The notes under the pieces were generated by a model that worked only from the letters and a program-made list of their open reading frames with translations, was not told where the DNA came from and ran no database searches. A DNA stretch of 64,000 bases, from assembly GCA_963727525.1 (NCBI GenBank), contig CAVSGO010000007.1, positions 1,088,001 through 1,152,000 on the forward strand, given 5' to 3'. Position numbers and translations under genes: made by a program. Origin of the DNA: an uncultured bacterium. Lineage in GTDB: Bacteria; Krumholzibacteriota; Krumholzibacteriia; LZORAL124-64-63. Shown here in pieces: positions 59,248 to 64,000 of the stretch; position 1 is the first letter of the stretch; each line of letters starts with the position of its first letter.

Positions 59248-60692
59248 ACCTGATCGACGACCTCATCTTCGGCGTCTACATGGCGGCCGTGCTGGGCATG
59301 GGCGTGTACCACCATCTGCGCAACGAGAGCCACGAGGACTATTACGTGGGCGGGCGCAGCCTGGGCGCAGGCCACATCGGGATGTCCATCGTCGCCACCG
59401 ATGTGGGCGGCGGCTTCTCGATCGGTCTCGGCGGCCTGGGCTTCACCATGGGCCTGTCTGGGAGCTGGTTACTCTTCACCGGTCTGGTGGGCGCCTGGCT
59501 CAGCGCGGTTCTGGTGCTGCCACGGATCAAGGGCCTCGACCGCAAGTACGGATTTCTCACCTATCCCGATTTCCTGCGCCATCGCTACGGCGGGCCCGTG
59601 GCGTTGCTCGCGGCCCTCGTCTCCGGTCTCGGCTATCTCGGCTTCACCGCCGGCCAGATCCTCGCGGGCGCCAAGCTGGCGTCAGCCACGATCATCACGT
59701 CGGCGCCATGGGGCATCCCCCCGCTGCAATTCGCGTTGCTGATCATCGCCGTCGTCACCGTCTCGTACACCGTGCTGGGTGGGCTGAAAGCCGTCATCTA
59801 CACCGACACCGTGCAATGGATCGTCCTGCTGGGCGGATTGCTCGTCGTCGTCGTGCCCGTCGTGCTGACGAACGAGCTGGGCGGTCTGGCCGAGCTGCGG
59901 CGCACGCTGCCGCCGGAGTTCTTCTCCTTGCGCAATGTGTCGGCGATCCAGCTCGTGAACTGGGCCGTGACGATCATCCCGATCTGGCTCGTGGGCATGA
60001 CGCTTTACCAGCGCATCTACGCCACCCGCGACCTCACGCAGGCGAAGCGCGCGTGGTACACGGCCGGGCTCCTCGAGTACCCCGTGATGGCCTTCCTCGG
60101 CGTGTTTCTCGGCATGTGCGCGCGGGTGCTCTACCCGGAGGTTGAGCCGGAGATGGGCCTGCCCATGCTCATCAGCCACGCCCTGCCGGTGGGCGTGACG
60201 GGGCTGCTGGCGGCCGCGTATTTCTCGGCGGTCATGTCCACGGCGGACAGTTGCCTGATGGCCGCCTCGGGCAACCTGGTCGGCGACGTGCTGGCTCGCC
60301 GTTTCCGGACCTGGGACGAGCGCATGTTGCTGCGCATGAGCCAGGCGGCCACGTTCGCGGTCGGCCTCGGGGCCCTGCTCCTCGCCTCCCGCTTCACGAA
60401 GGTTCTCGATGCGATCCTCTTCGCCTATGCCTTCATGGTTTCAGGACTCTTCTTCCCCACGCTGGGCGCCTTCTTCTGGCGAAGGAGCAGTCCGGCCGGC
60501 GCACTGGGCGGGATCCTGGCGGGTGGCGGCGTGACGCTGGCCCTGGAGTTCCACTTGCTTTCGCTGCCGGGTTGGGCGCGATTCGGCGGGCTCGCGCCCG
60601 TCGCCTACGGTCTCGCGACCAGTGGCGTGGTCTTCGTGGCTCTCTCCCTGATGATGCCGGCGCGCGCGTCGGCCGAACTCGAGGTGGTCTGA
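59244..60692 (+). CDS. Sodium:solute symporter (SSS) family transporter
   Basis: [39 protein letters not shown], about 13 TM helices. ATGA overlap with ablA. Confidence 0.92.
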   Translation: MNLIDDLIFGVYMAAVLGMGVYHHLRNESHEDYYVGGRSLGAGHIGMSIVATDVGGGFSIGLGGLGFTMGLSGSWLLFTGLVGAWLSAVLVLPRIKGLDRKYGFLTYPDFLRHRYGGPVALLAALVSGLGYLGFTAGQILAGAKLASATIITSAPWGIPPLQFALLIIAVVTVSYTVLGGLKAVIYTDTVQWIVLLGGLLVVVVPVVLTNELGGLAELRRTLPPEFFSLRNVSAIQLVNWAVTIIPIWLVGMTLYQRIYATRDLTQAKRAWYTAGLLEYPVMAFLGVFLGMCARVLYPEVEPEMGLPMLISHALPVGVTGLLAAAYFSAVMSTADSCLMAASGNLVGDVLARRFRTWDERMLLRMSQAATFAVGLGALLLASRFTKVLDAILFAYAFMVSGLFFPTLGAFFWRRSSPAGALGGILAGGGVTLALEFHLLSLPGWARFGGLAPVAYGLATSGVVFVALSLMMPARASAELEVV

Positions 60693-60693
60693 C

Positions 60694-61551
60694 ATGGCCG
60701 ACTCTCTCTCGACGCTGGGCAACACGCTCGTGCACCACGGTCCCCACAACGACCGGATCTACGTCATGCACCTGGATCCCGACGACATGCCCGGCCTGGT
60801 CGACGACCTTGCCGCGCTCGCCCGGCAGCATGAGTACGGGAAGATCGTGGCCAAGGTGCCGGCCCCGCTGCGGGCACCGTTCCTCGAGGCTGGCTATGCC
60901 GAGGAGGCGCGGATCCCCGGGCTGGTCCAGGGTCGCGAGGACATCCACTTCCTCTGCCGTTACCTCGACACCGCACGGGCCGACGAGCCCCGTCCCGATG
61001 TCCTGGCGGCCAACCTCGCCCTCGCCCTCGCCAAGCAGGCGTCGGGGGAGCCCCCCCGCGAGCCGTCGTGGGATGACGCCGTCGTCATGCCCGCCACGGA
61101 GGAGGACGTCGAGGCGATGAGCCAGGTGTACCGCGAGGTCTTCCCCACGTACCCCTTCCCCATCCACGACCCCGGCTACCTCGAGCAGTGCATGCAGGAG
61201 GATGTCGCGTTCTTCAAGGTGGAGCGACACGAGTCCATCCTCGCCCTCGCCTCCGCCGAGATGACGCCGGCCGACGCGAACGCCGAGATGACCGACTTCG
61301 CCACGCTGCCCCCGCTGCGGGGTAAGGGCGCCGCCCAGGGCCTGCTCACCGCCATGGAGGACGACATGGACGCGCGTGGCATGGCAACGCTGTTCACGAT
61401 CGCCCGCGCCTACTCCGCGGGCATGAACGTGACGTTCGCCAAGGCAGGCTACGAGTACGGGGGCACGCTCACGGCGAACACCAACATCGGCGGCAGCATC
61501 GAGAGCATGAACGTGTGGTACAAGCGACTCGGGGAACCAAGCCGCGATTGA
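60694..61551 (+). CDS. ablB: Beta-lysine N6-acetyltransferase (AblB/YodP, GNAT)
   Basis: HHGPHNDRIY, YGKIVAKVP, EEARIPG, VFPTYPFPIHDPGY, AEMTDFATLP, TIARAYSAGMN, NTNIGGSIESMNVWYK. Confidence 0.92.
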   Translation: MADSLSTLGNTLVHHGPHNDRIYVMHLDPDDMPGLVDDLAALARQHEYGKIVAKVPAPLRAPFLEAGYAEEARIPGLVQGREDIHFLCRYLDTARADEPRPDVLAANLALALAKQASGEPPREPSWDDAVVMPATEEDVEAMSQVYREVFPTYPFPIHDPGYLEQCMQEDVAFFKVERHESILALASAEMTPADANAEMTDFATLPPLRGKGAAQGLLTAMEDDMDARGMATLFTIARAYSAGMNVTFAKAGYEYGGTLTANTNIGGSIESMNVWYKRLGEPSRD

Positions 61552-61557
61552 CGCCTC

Positions 61558-61739
61558 AGCCCACCTTATTCATGCTATCGCGTAGCGAGGCGAGTGGAAC
61601 GGTCTCCGTGAGCGGGATCTCGCAGGGTTTGTGAGGGAGCCGTACCCGCTGGGGTACGGTGACCGAAGCAAACCCGAGAAAGCCCGCTCACAGAGACCGT
61701 GACGCCGCCGCAGTAGCGATCGCATGATTAAGGTGGGCT
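61558..61739. repeat. 182-bp imperfect palindrome (rod-like hairpin) filling the space between convergent genes
   Basis: Nested stems 61558-61581/61716-61739 (22/24), 61599-61616/61683-61700 (17/18), GGGTTTG/CAAACCC, and CCGTACCC-GCTG-GGGTACGG. Confidence 0.85.
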
Positions 61740-62185
61740 CAGGGCTGACGCGCCAGAGCCGCCAGCAGGGCGTCGCGGTCCTCGCCGAGCACGAGCACGG
61801 CGTCCTCGTTCGCGCGCGCGTCCCACTCCTTCAGCAGCGTCAGACCTCCCAGGCGCACGGCCAGGGCGCCCGCCGCGGTCTCGTCGAGACGGCGATTCAC
61901 GAGGAAGCTGTGCGCGTAGCCCGTGCGCGGAGCGTTGGCGGCGCGTTCGGGCACGAGGCCGGCGGCCGAGAGCGCTAGCCCCACCGAGCGCGCCAGACCC
62001 GGCTCGGCGGTGCCGTTGAGGACGAGCAGGTGCACCGGATTCGCGAGCCGCGCCGCGGGCGACCTGGCGGCGGCGCGCGGCGCCCCGCGCCCCGGGAACG
62101 TCAGCCGCCCGCCCTGCCCCAGCCACAACGACACCCCGCAGATCAGCACGAGCAGGACGAGCAGGAGATTGCGACCGCGATTCAC
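61739..62185 (-). CDS. LytR C-terminal domain membrane-anchored protein
   Basis: N-terminal TM, VLNGTAEPGLA, DAVLVLGED. Confidence 0.85.
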   Translation of the reverse strand: MNRGRNLLLVLLVLICGVSLWLGQGGRLTFPGRGAPRAAARSPAARLANPVHLLVLNGTAEPGLARSVGLALSAAGLVPERAANAPRTGYAHSFLVNRRLDETAAGALAVRLGGLTLLKEWDARANEDAVLVLGEDRDALLAALARQP

Positions 62186-62682
62186 GACCGCGCTGCCAGC
62201 TGCGCCACCACCGGCTCCAGTTCAGCGTAGACCTGGTCGAGGGTGCGCGGGATGACGCGCGTGTCGCCCACGGTGGTCATGAAATTCGTGTCGCCCGACC
62301 ACCGCGGCAGCATGTGCAAGTGCAGGTGCTGAGGGATGCCGGCCCCCGCGCTGGCACCGCCGTTGTAGCCGCAGTTCAGCCCGCCGGGACGAAGCGTCGT
62401 GCGCAAAGCGCGCTCCATCACGGCGAGGAGTCGTCCCATCTCCGCCAGCTCGTCCGGGCGGCAGTCGCCCAGGAGAGCCTCGTGGCGCGCCAGCACCAGC
62501 AGCAGGTGCCCGTTGTTATAGGGATAGCGATTGAGCATGACGAGCCAGTGCTCGCCGCGGTGGAGCACGTAATTCGCGATATCGTCGCCGGCCGCGAGCA
62601 CGTCGCAGAACACACAGCCGTCGTTCTTGCCGGTGGCCCCCGTCACGTAGGCGAACCTCCAGGGAGTGTAGAGGCGATCCAT
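62182..62682 (-). CDS. HIT-family hydrolase (Ap4A phosphorylase-like)
   Basis: LYTPWRFAYV, CVFC, LNRYPYNNGHL, AGAGIPQHLHLHMLPRWSGDTNFM. Confidence 0.92.
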   Translation of the reverse strand: MDRLYTPWRFAYVTGATGKNDGCVFCDVLAAGDDIANYVLHRGEHWLVMLNRYPYNNGHLLLVLARHEALLGDCRPDELAEMGRLLAVMERALRTTLRPGGLNCGYNGGASAGAGIPQHLHLHMLPRWSGDTNFMTTVGDTRVIPRTLDQVYAELEPVVAQLAARS

Positions 62683-62683
62683 C

Positions 62684-63427
62684 TCAGTCTCGCTGGCGGT
62701 ACTGGGCCTCGGCCTCGGCCAGCTCCGCTACGGTGTTGATGCCGCGCACCTCGTTGGGGTCGCGCGTCACCACGGTGCGCACATCGTGTCCGCGCGACAC
62801 GAGGTACGCCACGGTGTCGGTCAGGTAATACTCGCCCTGATCATTGTCCGTCGTCAGCCCCCCAAGGGCCTGAACGAGCTGGTCGGTGCGGTAGCAATAG
62901 ACCCCGGTGTTGAACTCGCCGATCGCCAGCTCGGCAGGCGTGGCATCGCGGGCCTCGACGATCCGCTGCAGTCGCCCGGCGTCGTCCGTCACGACACGCC
63001 CGTAAGCGCCGGCATCGGTGACGAGGCAGGTCAGCACCGTCGCCGCGGCGCCCGACGAGATGGTTGCCGAGACGAGCTGGCGCAGCGTCTCCACGCCAAG
63101 CAACGGCACATCGCCGCTGAGCACGACCGTGTAACCGCCGGCGCGCAGGTGCGGCGCCGCCATCTGCACCGCGTGGCCGGTTCCGAGCTGGGGTTCCTGA
63201 ACGGCGAAGGCAAGATCGTCGGCCGCCACCGCGGCCTGCACGGCCTCGCGCTGGTGCCCCACGACCACGACGATGCGCTCCACGCCGGCCGCCCGCGCCG
63301 TGTCCAGCACATGGGCGATGAGGGGGCGCCCGGCCAGCGGGTGTAGCACCTTGGCGAGGTCCGACTTCATACGCGTGCCCTTGCCGGCGGCAAGCACGAC
63401 CGCGTCGATGGCTGGATTGCCTGGCAT
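62684..63427 (-). CDS. GlmU-like UDP-GlcNAc pyrophosphorylase (uridyltransferase domain only)
   Basis: LAAGKGTRMKS, QEPQLGTGHAV, GDVPL, YGRV, EYYLTD, GINT. Ends without the left-handed beta-helix domain. Confidence 0.88.
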   Translation of the reverse strand: MPGNPAIDAVVLAAGKGTRMKSDLAKVLHPLAGRPLIAHVLDTARAAGVERIVVVVGHQREAVQAAVAADDLAFAVQEPQLGTGHAVQMAAPHLRAGGYTVVLSGDVPLLGVETLRQLVSATISSGAAATVLTCLVTDAGAYGRVVTDDAGRLQRIVEARDATPAELAIGEFNTGVYCYRTDQLVQALGGLTTDNDQGEYYLTDTVAYLVSRGHDVRTVVTRDPNEVRGINTVAELAEAEAQYRQRD

Positions 63428-63438
63428 GATCACTCCCG

Positions 63439-64000
63439 TCAGCTCTCGTCGCGCGTGGATGCGAGCAGCGCCGTTTCGCGGACCAGGGTGTCCGCGACAT
63501 GCAGCACGATGTTGTCGATGAGGCGCGCCGGTCCGACCCGCGCCGCCACCGCCAGCAGCACGTGGCCAGCCGCTCTGGTGAGGGACGCGAGGTCGGGCAC
63601 CCGCCGTACCTCGGCGTACTCGATGGCGTCGGCGTCGGCAAGCTGGGTCCGCATCAGCGCGCTCAGCACGTTCACGTCGCGCTCGCCAGCCTCGATCTGC
63701 GCCCGCGCGGCCGCGAGCGCCCGGCTCAAGCACAGCGCGCGCTGCCGGGCATCGCCGTCGAGGTACGCATTGCGCGATGACATGGCCAGCCCGTCGACCT
63801 CGCGGACGGTCGCCAGGTCGACGAGCCGTACCGGGAAGTCGAGGTCGGCCACCATCTCTGCGATGACCAGGCATTGCTGAGCGTCCTTGCGGCCGAAGAC
63901 GGCGACATCGGGCCTCACGAGATTGAAGAGTTTGGCCACGACAGTGAGGACGCCGGCGAAGTGGCCCGGCCGGCTCGCCCCACACATCCCTTCGGCGCGC
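63439..64000 (-). CDS. panC: Pantoate-beta-alanine ligase (5' end outside window)
   Basis: RPGHFAGV, FGRKDAQQ, REVDGLAMSSRNAYL, ARLIDN. Confidence 0.95.
   Translation of the reverse strand, partial: RAEGMCGASRPGHFAGVLTVVAKLFNLVRPDVAVFGRKDAQQCLVIAEMVADLDFPVRLVDLATVREVDGLAMSSRNAYLDGDARQRALCLSRALAAARAQIEAGERDVNVLSALMRTQLADADAIEYAEVRRVPDLASLTRAAGHVLLAVAARVGPARLIDNIVLHVADTLVRETALLASTRDES

Noticed and set aside
61558-61739. Call as 6S, SRP RNA or tRNA
   Set aside because: No large central bubble, no SRP GGAA-loop motif, no cloverleaf and no promoter space. Kept as an unassigned palindrome.

Overview
A 64-kb, high-GC bacterial chromosomal window with mostly minus-strand housekeeping genes. It probably comes from an FCB-group lineage such as Krumholzibacteriota or Latescibacterota; this is inferred from a gingipain-like C25 protein with a FlgD-Ig/T9SS-type C-terminus and a secreted protein ending in 'SWSTVKSLYR'. 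From left to right: rimO (partial), ftsK, accC, IS copy 1, pilT-like ATPase, accB, efp, a TPR protein, a translationally coupled six-gene GlmL/MutL-like membrane operon of unknown function, acyl-CoA dehydrogenase, PhzF-family protein, acpS, glycosylation and LPS-core genes (four GT9 plus gmhB), lon, hsp20, lexA, pfkB, HIT, a histone-H1-like three-part DNA-binding protein, an orphan peptide-binding lipoprotein, a 1.6k-aa C25/FG-GAP protein, a polysaccharide locus, ppiD-like chaperone, a ~1-kb array of structured 160/161-bp tandem repeats with perfect 29-30-bp hairpins at both ends, MrfB/MrfA-like repair genes, tatA, IS copy 2, a MarR-ablA-SSS-ablB osmolyte operon, a 182-bp rod-like palindrome, lytR_C, HIT, short glmU and panC (partial). 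The most unusual signals are: (i) the structured tandem array between convergent genes; (ii) an IS1-like element whose two copies both begin exactly 8 nt downstream of terminator stems with no target-site duplication; (iii) the orphan GlmL-like membrane operon; and (iv) the H1-like/winged-helix nucleoid protein candidate. All family assignments come from recognising motifs by eye, not from database searches.
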